Assembly: GCA_040905465.1 (NCBI GenBank)
Contig: JBBDRK010000010.1
Span: forward strand, 1-55,437
Reading direction: 5' to 3'
DNA: 55,437 nucleotides
Source of the DNA: Trueperaceae bacterium
Lineage (GTDB): Bacteria > Deinococcota > Deinococci > Deinococcales > Trueperaceae
Program-made: the position numbers and the translations under genes
Shown here: piece after piece, positions 39,801 through 48,217 of the stretch
Layout: each line of letters opens with the position of its first letter
How positions within the stretch are numbered: the first letter of the stretch is position 1
The notes under the pieces: model-generated
Databases searched by the model: none
Told to the model about the DNA's origin: nothing
The model's input: only the letters and a program-made list of their open reading frames with translations

Positions 39801-40670
39801 GGCCTCCTGCGCAACCTCGAGCAGGCCGTCAAGTGGGGCTCGGCGCAGAGAGAGCAGGCGGCCCATGGACAGTTCAGCCTGTTCGGCGCGGAAGAATTGC
39901 AGCCACCGCAGATGACCGGCGGCGAGCCGCTCGGCGAGCTCGATCTGTTGCGCTTCGAGAAGGAGTCTCTCGGCATCTACATTTCGTCGCATCCGATGGC
40001 ATCATATCCGGGCCTGGCGGACGCAGCGTCTTGCCCCGTCGACCAGGTGGAGTCGTGGTTCGCCGCCCAACCCCGCGAGCCGGGATCGCGCGGCCGCGTT
40101 CGAGTCGCCTTGGCCGGCATGCTTCAAAGCGTTTCCAAGCGGCCCACCCGCAAGGGCACGATGATGGCGCGCTTCGAGATCGCGGACGAGAGTGGAGCAC
40201 GCGAAATAGTCGCGTTCAGTCGAACATACGACGCGATAGCCGACCTGCTCGTTGAAGACGCTCCGGCGGTCCTCGTTGCCGAGCTCTCCGAAGACGGCGA
40301 CGCCGTGCGACTGGTTGCCGACCGGTTGATCCGCTGGGACGCGCGCGGTCAATTGCCAGAGATGGCGATAGTGGAGTTCGAGTTGGCCGACGTGAGCCGT
40401 CACCATCTCGAGGAGCTGCGCTCGCTGCTCGACCAGCACACTGGGGTGACGCCCGTGCGTCTGCGCTTTCTCGCAGCCGAGGGGCGGGTCACCTACGCTC
40501 CCGAGGGGATCCGGGTCGACAAGGAGAGCCTCGAGTCGCTGGAACGTAGCTGCCCCTGGATACGAACGCGCGTTACCCTCGACCGCGACGCCCTGCTGGC
40601 GGCACGGGCGACTCCCCACTACGGGGCGCCCAAGGCAACGCCCCCGGCGGCGGCCGACGTGCCCTTCTGA
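36879..40670 (+). CDS. dnaE: DNA polymerase III alpha subunit (no intein)
   Basis: HLHQHT.YSLLDG, MTDHGN, GRGSGAGS, SMPDFDID, KMDFLGL, YGFNKSH and an OB domain. Leaderless arrangement TACCAT-6nt-ATG. Confidence 0.98.
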   Translation: MAPEQRSFAHLHQHTAYSLLDGAARIKDLIAWAKEVSPENPAVAMTDHGNMHGAVEFYKAAEGAGVKPIIGFEAYVTAGSRFDRRKPSSKLDGGYFHLTLLAKNFTGYRNLCKLNSRAWLEGFYMKPRVDHELLREHSEGVIALSGCLGAQIPRSVLDIGEDAGEDALRQYLDIFGEDFFIELQDHGLEEQRRLNPILKSFAERFGLGMVATNDGHYVRRDDARAHEALLAIQTKTVLSDPNRFRFPCDEFYVKTPEEMAAVIPESEYPGALSNTLRVAEMCDVTLPIGDRRIYQMPELPIPEGRTLAEQLRIHAYQGLMSRYARIDEALYRQYLTVARGVESPATDGESFETRTLETLTLETVLLELARLGEQGRRSKSADETYDRFEYPHLDALRGRCEDQDAVEILARAEFELGVIIAMGFPDYFLIVSDFINWAKDQAIAVGPGRGSGAGSIVAFALRITDIDPLEFDLLFERFLNPHRISMPDFDIDFSDVRRGEVIDYVRRKYGDDRVAHIATFGTMASRAAIKDAARVLEAPFADADKVSKLIPVVFGRSVPIGRALEEVPEMRELYDAGAKEYVDVAQSLEGLTRHASVHAAGVIISRDPVQELAPVFRSGDGPVVCQYDMGSVEELGFLKMDFLGLRTLSFIEAAVKIVRESRGVELDPDTFPPGDEKTFELLSRGDAAGVFQFESPGMIDTLKKLKPRRIQDLIAVSALYRPGPMENIPSYIRRHHGSEDVSFDDFPESHELLEPILEETYGIPVYQEQIMQIAQAVAGYSLGEADLLRRAMGKKKVSEMEKQRKLFEEGAAAKAIGKAEANRIFDLLEKFANYGFNKSHSAAYGVLSYQTAYLKAHYPVEFTAALLTVERANSDKVAQYVADARHLGVDVLPPDINESRNDFTPVGEVIRFGLYGIKNVGDAAVDHILTERDRAGTFKDLFDFCKRIDSTLVNRRALEHLIKSGAFDRLGDRSGLLRNLEQAVKWGSAQREQAAHGQFSLFGAEELQPPQMTGGEPLGELDLLRFEKESLGIYISSHPMASYPGLADAASCPVDQVESWFAAQPREPGSRGRVRVALAGMLQSVSKRPTRKGTMMARFEIADESGAREIVAFSRTYDAIADLLVEDAPAVLVAELSEDGDAVRLVADRLIRWDARGQLPEMAIVEFELADVSRHHLEELRSLLDQHTGVTPVRLRFLAAEGRVTYAPEGIRVDKESLESLERSCPWIRTRVTLDRDALLAARATPHYGAPKATPPAAADVPF
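37929..37973 (+). repeat. Three degenerate in-frame 15-bp tandem repeats in dnaE
   Basis: tttgagacacggacc/ttagagacactgact/ttagagacggtgttg, encoding FETRT-LETLT-LETVL. Confidence 0.85.
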
Positions 40671-40731
40671 TATTTACCCTGCTGAGAGGGAGTCAGTCAC
40701 CGCCGCTCCCGAGGCCGCTCTTCGATTCTGC

Positions 40732-41856
40732 TCAGCCGACCGGATTGGCCGGCTGCTGAGCGGCCTGGGCTTGCGCCTGGGCCTTGCGTTGCAGGTCGAT
40801 CTGGGTGACGGCCATCTTGAAAGTCTGAGCCGAGGTAGCCGAGTGCAGCCCGGTATCGTACTCGATGAGGTCCTGGGCGTAGAGCTCGGCGAGATGGTCG
40901 TCGAACAGTTGCATCCCATCGAGCTTGGAGTCACGAACCGCATCGTAGAGCTCGTTGGAGCGATCCTCGTCCTTGATGAGGTCCTTGATTCGCAAGGTTC
41001 CCTTCATGATCTCCATCGCCGCCACCCTGCCTTTGGGCTTACGGGGCAGCAGCCGTTGTGAAACGATCCCGACGAGCGATTCGGCGAAGAGGATCCGAGC
41101 GGTCTCGCGCTCATGGGGAGGGAACAGCTCGAGAACCCTGTTCACCGTCCGTACCGTGTCCAGCGTGTGGAGGGTGGAGAACACCAGGTGCCCGGTCTGG
41201 GCGGCGGAGATGGCGGCAGCGGCGGTGTCGTAATCGCGGATCTCGCCGATCAGGATAACTTCCGGATCCTGGCGCATGGCGGCGACAAGCGCGCCCGCGA
41301 ACGAAGGGGCGTCCTGGCCGATCTCCCGCTGCACCACCACCGACTGGTCGGGAGTGTGCAGGAACTCGACCGGGTCCTCGACGGTGATGATCATCTTGTT
41401 GTGGGCCTTGTTTATCTCGTCGATGATTCGTGCGAGCGTGGTCGATTTTCCGGACCCAGTGGGTCCGGTGACCAGCACAAGGCCCTTCTCCTGGTCGCGG
41501 AAGTACTCGAGGACCTCCTGCGGCAGGCTTACGACCTTGAGCTCCTCGGCGCTGGAGTTGATCACCCGCAGCACCGCGCTTACCGTCCCCTGCTGACGGA
41601 AGAGGTTGACGCGGAAGCGCCCGATGCCGGGGACGCTGTACGCCAAGTCGACCTGGTTCATCTCGGAGAACGTTTCCCGTTGGCGCTCGTTGCACATGAT
41701 GTCAACCAGCCCATCGGTGGCGCGCGCGGGGAGCTTGCTGTCGCTCACCGGCATCAACCGGCCGTTCACGCGGATCATCGGTTTGAGACCGGCGTGGAGG
41801 TGGATGTCGCTGGCCCCCTTTTCGACAAAGGATGCAAGCATCTCGTGGAACTTCAT
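40732..41856 (-). CDS. Type IV pilus retraction ATPase (PilT/PilU family)
   Basis: [41 protein letters not shown] and [19 protein letters not shown] replaces AIRNLIRE, suggesting PilU or PilT2. Confidence 0.93.
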   Translation of the reverse strand: MKFHEMLASFVEKGASDIHLHAGLKPMIRVNGRLMPVSDSKLPARATDGLVDIMCNERQRETFSEMNQVDLAYSVPGIGRFRVNLFRQQGTVSAVLRVINSSAEELKVVSLPQEVLEYFRDQEKGLVLVTGPTGSGKSTTLARIIDEINKAHNKMIITVEDPVEFLHTPDQSVVVQREIGQDAPSFAGALVAAMRQDPEVILIGEIRDYDTAAAAISAAQTGHLVFSTLHTLDTVRTVNRVLELFPPHERETARILFAESLVGIVSQRLLPRKPKGRVAAMEIMKGTLRIKDLIKDEDRSNELYDAVRDSKLDGMQLFDDHLAELYAQDLIEYDTGLHSATSAQTFKMAVTQIDLQRKAQAQAQAAQQPANPVG

Positions 41857-42010
41857 AGGCGCTATCCTAATCGCCACCCCTGACGGGAAACTTACGGAAA
41901 TTCTCGCTCGTCCACGCCAGATTTCGCACTCCGGCCGCGTTCCGCCCGGCGCACCCTCTTCGGCCCGGGCAGCGTACACTGGGGCCCGTGGATTTCGCCC
42001 GGAGGATAAC

Positions 42011-42925
42011 ATGGGACGTGTTGTGCCTGTTGCGTTGATAGCGCTGTTGATCGTCGCCGGGGGGTTGTGGCTCGACAGCAGTCGCAGCAGGACCGAGCAG
42101 GCGGCCGGAGCGATTGCCCAGGCGGCCGCCGATGAGGCTGCCCGAAACCGGGTCGTTCCCGGCTTCCGGGCGCTCCCGCCGCTGACCGAGGAGCCTGAGC
42201 TCACCTTCGGCGGGGCCGCCCCCGTGCTGGAAGAAGGACTGGACTATCGCGCGGTCATCGAAACCAGCAAGGGCCGCCTGGTGATCGAACTGTTCGAGCA
42301 AAGGGCGCCGCGCACGGTAAACAACTTCGTGTTCCTGGCCTTGCACCGCTATTACGAAGGCGTGCCGTTTCACCGGGTGCTGGAAGATTTCATGGCGCAA
42401 ACCGGCGATCCGAGCGGGACCGGTCGCGGCGGGCCCGGCTACACCTTCGAGGACGAAATCGAGCCGAGCCTGCGCCACGATGAGCGCGGCACCCTTTCGA
42501 TGGCCAACGCCGGGCCCGATACCAACGGCTCGCAATTCTTCATAACGCTGGTGGCCACGCCGTGGCTCGACGGCCGCCACGCCGTGTTCGGACGGCTGAT
42601 CGAGGGTGACGAGGTGCTGTCCGAACTGCAGCGGATCGACCCGAACACGCCGTCGGCGGTATTGCGCTTCGATGGGACGCTGGCTGAGCTCGCGGAGGCA
42701 GGCGTTACCCTGTCGGGACCGCCCGAGCGGAGCCTGCAGGACCATCTGGAGGCGGAGTTGGGGGCGGTTCCGGCCGTTGGTCAGACATTCAACATCGGCG
42801 GGATGACCGGCGTAGTCGGATCGGTCGGGGGAGTACCGACGGCCGGATTCTTCCCGGCCCCCGATTCCATCGAGAGCGTAACTATCGTGGTCGCCGAGCG
42901 AGGCGACGAGGAGGAGTCACGATGA
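42011..42925 (+). CDS. Membrane-anchored cyclophilin-type peptidyl-prolyl isomerase
   Basis: N-terminal transmembrane segment, [32 protein letters not shown] and WLDGRH.VFG. Confidence 0.93.
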   Translation: MGRVVPVALIALLIVAGGLWLDSSRSRTEQAAGAIAQAAADEAARNRVVPGFRALPPLTEEPELTFGGAAPVLEEGLDYRAVIETSKGRLVIELFEQRAPRTVNNFVFLALHRYYEGVPFHRVLEDFMAQTGDPSGTGRGGPGYTFEDEIEPSLRHDERGTLSMANAGPDTNGSQFFITLVATPWLDGRHAVFGRLIEGDEVLSELQRIDPNTPSAVLRFDGTLAELAEAGVTLSGPPERSLQDHLEAELGAVPAVGQTFNIGGMTGVVGSVGGVPTAGFFPAPDSIESVTIVVAERGDEEESR

Positions 42926-43482
42926 GCAACCAAACAGAAGGACATCGTCCGCTCGACGCCAAAGGCGAGCGGGTCACCACCTTTAGCGAGGCCGAGCAGG
43001 TACTGGAGCCCGGCGTAGATTACCGGGCCGTGCTGGAGACCAGCAAGGGCCGCATGGTGATCGACCTGTTCGAGGACCGGGCCCCGCGCACGGTCAACAA
43101 TTTCGTGTTCCTGGCCCTGAACCGCTACTACGACGGGGTAGCCTTTCACCGGGTGCTCGAAGACTTCATGGCGCAGACCGGCGATCCCACCGGAACCGGA
43201 CGCGGCGGTCCCGGTTACACCTTTGCCGACGAGATAGAGACGTCACTCACGCACGAGGCCGCCGGAACCGTCTCGATGGCCAACGCCGGACCCGACACCA
43301 ACGGTTCCCAGTTCTTCATCACCTTCCAGGCCACGCCCTGGCTCGATGGCCGGCACGCGGTGTTCGGCCGGGTGGTCGAAGGCGAGGAGGTGCTCGGCGA
43401 ACTGCGGCGCGTCGATCCCAGTCGAGCGACGAAGGAAGAGCCGGACCGGATCGAGAGCGTTACGATCCTCGCGGCCGCCTGA
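42922..43482 (+). CDS. Cytoplasmic cyclophilin-type peptidyl-prolyl isomerase
   Basis: Same motifs with no signal sequence, and an ATGA overlap with the upstream paralog. Confidence 0.94.
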   Translation: MSNQTEGHRPLDAKGERVTTFSEAEQVLEPGVDYRAVLETSKGRMVIDLFEDRAPRTVNNFVFLALNRYYDGVAFHRVLEDFMAQTGDPTGTGRGGPGYTFADEIETSLTHEAAGTVSMANAGPDTNGSQFFITFQATPWLDGRHAVFGRVVEGEEVLGELRRVDPSRATKEEPDRIESVTILAAA

Positions 43483-43509
43483 GCGGTCGGAATCGCCAGC
43501 TTGTCCAGT

Positions 43510-43540
43510 TGGGGCTGCCGCTCGTCGAGCGGAAGCCCCA
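43510..43540. terminator. Hairpin between the convergent cyclophilin and thrS genes
   Basis: tggggct-g-ccgctc-gtc-gagcgg-a-agcccca. Confidence 0.65.
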
Positions 43541-43545
43541 AGACG

Positions 43546-45525
43546 TCAACTGAGAGGTGTTACCTCCAGCGAGCGTCCCCGGGCATGAGCCAGCAGGTGC
43601 TCGACGAATGCGCCACGGTCGACCCCGTTGCGATTGGGCTCCTTGCGTGAGCGGTACGACACTGTCCCGCCCTCCAACTCCTGATCGCCGACGATCACGG
43701 TGTAGGGCACCTTCAGCAACTCGGCGTCGCGCACCTTGGCGTTCATTCGCTCCGACCGGTCGTCGACGAACGGCCTGAGTTTCACCGCGCGCAACTGCTC
43801 CTCGATCTCGCGGGCACCCGAGTTGTGCCTGTCGGCGATCGGCACGATACGCACCTGCTCCGGCGCCAGCCACAGCGGGAAATCGCCGGCGAAATGCTCT
43901 ATCAGGAAGCCGATCAGCCGTTCATGGGTGCTGAGCGGCGCCCGGTGAAGGCACAGCGGCGTACGCCGGGCTCCCGTATCGTCGACGTACTCGAGATTGA
44001 AGCGGGCCGGTTGCGCGAAGTCCACCTGATTGGTGGCCAGGGTGAACTCGCGGCCGATGGCGCTGGTAATCTGCACGTCTATCTTGGGCCCGTAGAAAGC
44101 CGCCTCGTCCTCCGCCTCGATGAAGTTGATGTCGCCGTTGACCAGGGCACGGCGCACCATGTCCTCGGTCTTCACCCACAGCTCGGGCTGGTCGACGTAC
44201 TTCTTGCCCAGCCCCTCCTTGCTGTGCAGCGAGAGCCGCATCACGTAAGCGTCGATGCCGAAGAGTTCGAAGTATTCGAGGTACATGCCGATCACCCGCA
44301 TGAACTCGTCCTCGAACTGCTCCTCGCTGCAGTAGATGTGGGCGTCGTTCATCTGCAGGCTCCGCACCCGCATCAGCCCCATCAGCGCGCCGTGATCCTC
44401 ATAGCGATAGCAGGTGCCGTACTCGGCGAGGCGTAACGGCAGCTCGCGGTAACTGCGTGGCCGGGTGGCGAAGATCTTGTGATGAAACGGGCAGTTCATC
44501 GGCTTGAGGAAGTACCGCACCTCGTCGAGCTCCATCGGCGGAAACATGTCCTCCTCGTAGTGCTCCAGGTGTCCGCTCTTCCGGAACAGCTGATCTTTCG
44601 CCAGGTGCGGGGTGCGCACCCGCTGGTACCCGGCCTTCCACTCCATCTCCTTGGCGAGGTTCTCGATCTCGTCGGCCATCACCGTGCCGCGCGGCAGCCA
44701 CAGCGGAAGGCCGGGACCGACGTCTTCGTCGAGGGTGAAGAGCTCGAGCTCGGCGCCCAGCTTGCGGTGGTCGCGCTTCTTCGCCTCCTCCAGCTGCCAC
44801 AGGTGATGCTCGAGCTCCTCGGCGCTGCCGAAGGCGACGCCATACACACGCTGCAGCATCGGCCGCTTCTCGTCGCCGCGCCAGTAAGCGCCGGCGAGAC
44901 TCATGAGCTTGAAGTGCCTGGGGATGGCGCCAGTTCGCGGCAGGTGTGGGCCGCGGCACAGGTCGGTGAACCCTTGCTCGCCCCCCTGTTCGTAGAAGCT
45001 CAGCGGGGCGTCCGCCGGCAGGTCTTCGATCAACTCGACCTTGTACGGATCGCCCTGGCGCCGGTAGCGCTCCAGAGCCTCCGCGCGCGGCAGTTCGAAG
45101 CGCCGCAGTTCCAGGTCTGCATCCACGATCTTGCGCATCCGCTCCTCGATCTCCGCCAGGTCGTCGGGAGTGAGCGAGCGGGGAAGGTCGAAGTCGTAGT
45201 AGAAACCGTTCTCGACGACCGGACCGATCCCCATCTTCACGGAGGCGCGGTCGAAGCCTTGCGCCACGAAGAACTCGGCAACCGCTTGAGCCATCACGTG
45301 CGCCAGGGTGTGGCGGGCCAACCTGATGACCTCGTCGTCACGGCCGGTCAGAACGGCCACGCCGGCACCGTCGCTGAGCGGCGACAGCAGGTCGGCGAGT
45401 TGTCCGTCGACCTTCATGCCCAGCGCAGCGCGCGCCAGCCCGAGACCGATCGCCTCGGCTACCTGGCGTCCGGTGGCTCCGTCCGCGACATCCAGACGCT
45501 TGCCGTCGGGAAGTATTACCTGCAT
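43546..45525 (-). CDS. thrS: Threonine--tRNA ligase
   Basis: TGS domain, H..AH, GFYYDF, DLCRGPH, RDHRKLG, KPMNCP, AAFYGPKID and WLAPEQV. Confidence 0.97.
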   Translation of the reverse strand: MQVILPDGKRLDVADGATGRQVAEAIGLGLARAALGMKVDGQLADLLSPLSDGAGVAVLTGRDDEVIRLARHTLAHVMAQAVAEFFVAQGFDRASVKMGIGPVVENGFYYDFDLPRSLTPDDLAEIEERMRKIVDADLELRRFELPRAEALERYRRQGDPYKVELIEDLPADAPLSFYEQGGEQGFTDLCRGPHLPRTGAIPRHFKLMSLAGAYWRGDEKRPMLQRVYGVAFGSAEELEHHLWQLEEAKKRDHRKLGAELELFTLDEDVGPGLPLWLPRGTVMADEIENLAKEMEWKAGYQRVRTPHLAKDQLFRKSGHLEHYEEDMFPPMELDEVRYFLKPMNCPFHHKIFATRPRSYRELPLRLAEYGTCYRYEDHGALMGLMRVRSLQMNDAHIYCSEEQFEDEFMRVIGMYLEYFELFGIDAYVMRLSLHSKEGLGKKYVDQPELWVKTEDMVRRALVNGDINFIEAEDEAAFYGPKIDVQITSAIGREFTLATNQVDFAQPARFNLEYVDDTGARRTPLCLHRAPLSTHERLIGFLIEHFAGDFPLWLAPEQVRIVPIADRHNSGAREIEEQLRAVKLRPFVDDRSERMNAKVRDAELLKVPYTVIVGDQELEGGTVSYRSRKEPNRNGVDRGAFVEHLLAHARGRSLEVTPLS

Positions 45526-45565
45526 AAGTCACCTCGATTTAAAGGGGTTGATCGTCGGTTCGAAC

Positions 45566-45664
45566 CTAGCTGCCGCCGGCGAATCGGCCGGCACGGGGCG
45601 TTCGCCGTCCGATCGTCCGAAACCGTCGGATGACGTCCAGGGCGTGGCTCCACCGGTCCTTCAT
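45566..45664 (-). CDS. Putative leaderless 32-aa leader peptide upstream of thrS
   Basis: TGTGG-TACATT (45676-71), 6 nt, ATG. Peptide MKDRWSHALDVIRRFRTIGRRTPRAGRFAGGS*, ending 40 nt before the thrS ATG. Confidence 0.45.
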   Translation of the reverse strand: MKDRWSHALDVIRRFRTIGRRTPRAGRFAGGS

Positions 45665-45725
45665 GGCCGCAATGTACCACAGGGCCGCGGCTGCGCCGGC
45701 AGCTCCTGCGGCTATACTTGTGCCC

Positions 45726-46517
45726 ATGCACATTGTCGGCGTACTCGGCCGTGACCAGGCCCTGCTGAACGCGATAGGCCGGTTTCGCGATCCACTTGGT
45801 CGCTTTCATCTCCACCCGCTCCACGAGGGACCCGTCGAAGCGGTTCTGAGCGGGCTAGTGCCGCTCGCGTTCGCGGGTGCCCTCCTGCTCGACGATGAGT
45901 TCGAACAGGCCGCCTCGGGCCTGTTGCAGCGTTACAGCCTGGACGCCCAGGAGGTCGGAGCAGTAGACACGGTAAGCGTGGCCGCCGGCGGCCTGATCGG
46001 CGAATACAACGTGGGCAGGGCGATCGGTTCGCTCCTGGCGGAGGCGGACTGGGACGCTCGCGGCGCCCGGGCGGTACTTCTCGGCTCCGGCCGGCGGGTA
46101 TCGGCAATCGCTCGCGAACTGTCCAGCATGGGCGTGGCCCAGGTGGTGATTCTCTCCGAGAACCGTCCGGCGGCGGAACGGAGCCTGCCCCGGCTCGCGG
46201 CATCGACCGAGGTCGTCACTAGCGCTCTGGCCGATCCCCGGAGTGAAGGCTTTCTGGCGGAAGCCGACCTGCTGATCCGCTCGGAGCCGTCGGCCGAGGT
46301 TCCTCCTGAGGCGATGGGTCCTCACCTTTGCCTGGTCGACCTGCGGCCCGAACGTGTGACCGCCCTGAGGCAGCAAGCATTGAACTTCGGGGCGCTCACC
46401 TTCAACCTTCTGGACTTCCAGGCGCACAGGATGTCCCTGGGACTCACCCACATTCTGGGGGCGGGCGTGGAGCTCGAACCGCTGCTTGCACTCCTTCACG
46501 AAACGCCGTCCCCCTGA
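45726..46517 (+). CDS. Degenerate shikimate dehydrogenase-like protein
   Basis: A.EVGAVDT, G.LIGEYN, RAVLLGSG and LVDL motifs with catalytic positions altered. Leaderless arrangement TATACT-7nt-ATG. Confidence 0.7.
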   Translation: MHIVGVLGRDQALLNAIGRFRDPLGRFHLHPLHEGPVEAVLSGLVPLAFAGALLLDDEFEQAASGLLQRYSLDAQEVGAVDTVSVAAGGLIGEYNVGRAIGSLLAEADWDARGARAVLLGSGRRVSAIARELSSMGVAQVVILSENRPAAERSLPRLAASTEVVTSALADPRSEGFLAEADLLIRSEPSAEVPPEAMGPHLCLVDLRPERVTALRQQALNFGALTFNLLDFQAHRMSLGLTHILGAGVELEPLLALLHETPSP

Positions 46518-46558
46518 CGCTCATCAACCTAAGCCTCAGGCAACGGAGACTGTGGTTC

Positions 46559-48148
46559 GTGACACGCCTTGCCCCCCTGCTGATGGCCGCCCTCGTACTG
46601 GCCGTCGCAATCGGACAATCCTCGACCCTGTACCGCGTTCCCGACGCTTTCGTGCGGTTCGCCGGCGAGGCGGTGACGATCGATACCGGCCAGGCGAGCG
46701 ACACCTTCATCGCCGGCCTCGGCTGGCTGTCCGGCTCCGATGCCCCCGCTCCGATTCGAACCGATGACGAACTCTATGTCGAGGAGATCAACCGTAGCCG
46801 GCTCGGACTGGAGTTCGCTCCCGTGGCGGCGGCGCCCGCAGCGGGCGAGGACGCCCAGTGGACGGCGCCTCTCGTTGCCGGGGTGCGCTTCGGCGGCGAT
46901 TCGGAGATAAGGGTTGTGGTGGACCTTCCGCAGCTCCCCTCCGCTATCGCCTTGCGACCTCTCGAGCGTGAGGGACGGCTCGGCGCGAAAGATGTCCTGG
47001 TCCTCGACCTCCCTAGAACGATATTGCCGGCGGAGCAACCCGACCCCTATCACGGGATCGACGTCAGCTTGCTAGAGGCGCCCAACGGCACCCGTTTCGA
47101 GCTGCGCGGTCCCGAACTCGGTTACCGGGTGTTTGCCCTGGAGGCACCCACCCGGCTGGTGGTGGACGTGGTGCCGTTGCGACCGGAGAGGATCCCGGCG
47201 CGCACCGAGACCCTCAGGGAGGGCGTAACCTACAGGACTTTCGGCGCTCCCACGCCGTCCGGACAGAGCCTCGTCCATCTCCTGGAGATAGTGCCCGGCG
47301 CAGGCGAGTTTCGCGTCGTCGGCACGACCGAGATCGCGCGACCGCTCTCCGAGCTCGCCGACGGCGCGTTCGCCGCAATCAACGCCGGCTACTTCGACAC
47401 GCGTACGCACCAGGCGATCGGACTGTTGCGGGTCGACTACGGCCTGCAATCGCTGCCATCGCGCAATCGAGCGAGTATCGGTTTCGGCTTTGCCGGCCCG
47501 GTGATGAGGCGGGTGTCGGCTCGGGTCGATGTGCGCGTCGCCGGGCAGCTCTACCGGCGAAGCTCGCCGTCCGCAGACGGCGGAATTCAGGTCCACTCGA
47601 CCGCCGGCGCCCTGGTAGGCAGCGGCCGCCGCGGTACCCTGGTTGCACAGCACGGCCGAATCGTGGCCAACCGGGTCGGCCCCGTGACGGTGCCGGAGAA
47701 CGGCTTCGTGGTCGTGTATCCGCCCACGGACCGGGCGTTCGCGCTGATCGATCCCGGCGCCCCGGCGTCGATCGAGGTCGAGTTCGAGCCCGGCGCCTTC
47801 CAGACGGTTCGTTACGCGGTCGAGGCCGGTCCGTTGCTGGTGGAGGCGGGCCGACCTGCTTTCGAACCCGATCGCGAGGAGTTCTCTCGTGGGGCGCGAA
47901 TACTGGACGCTTACACCCAGCAGTCGGCGATCGGTATCAGACCCGACGGCACGATCCTCCTGCTGGTTGCCGACGACATGCGCGCCGAAGATCTCGTGCC
48001 GCTCTTCCTGGCGTTGGGAGCGAGCGAAGCCATGCGGCTCGACAGCGGTTCCAGTGCCACCCTCATGGCCGGCGGCCAAGTACTCAACCGCGAACGGGAG
48101 CGGCGCATCGTAAGCGCGATCGTGTTTCTGCCCAACGGCTCCCTGTGA
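46559..48148 (+). CDS. Secreted phosphodiester glycosidase (NAGPA)-family protein with AMIN-like segments
   Basis: Signal peptide, RVVVDL and PTRLVVD, AAINAGYF, AVEAGPLL, SAIGIRPDG and LGASEAMRLDSGSS. The start is uncertain. Confidence 0.85.
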   Translation: MTRLAPLLMAALVLAVAIGQSSTLYRVPDAFVRFAGEAVTIDTGQASDTFIAGLGWLSGSDAPAPIRTDDELYVEEINRSRLGLEFAPVAAAPAAGEDAQWTAPLVAGVRFGGDSEIRVVVDLPQLPSAIALRPLEREGRLGAKDVLVLDLPRTILPAEQPDPYHGIDVSLLEAPNGTRFELRGPELGYRVFALEAPTRLVVDVVPLRPERIPARTETLREGVTYRTFGAPTPSGQSLVHLLEIVPGAGEFRVVGTTEIARPLSELADGAFAAINAGYFDTRTHQAIGLLRVDYGLQSLPSRNRASIGFGFAGPVMRRVSARVDVRVAGQLYRRSSPSADGGIQVHSTAGALVGSGRRGTLVAQHGRIVANRVGPVTVPENGFVVVYPPTDRAFALIDPGAPASIEVEFEPGAFQTVRYAVEAGPLLVEAGRPAFEPDREEFSRGARILDAYTQQSAIGIRPDGTILLLVADDMRAEDLVPLFLALGASEAMRLDSGSSATLMAGGQVLNRERERRIVSAIVFLPNGSL

Positions 48149-48217
48149 TCCACATCCGCCCGCAGCTCGACAGGTAGCGCGCGCAACCGGCTTTACCGGC
48201 AGCCGGTACACTCTGAG

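Noticed and set aside
45526-45720. T-box riboswitch upstream of thrS
   Set aside because: No GGTGGNACC T-box sequence or terminator/antiterminator was found, and the leader is short.
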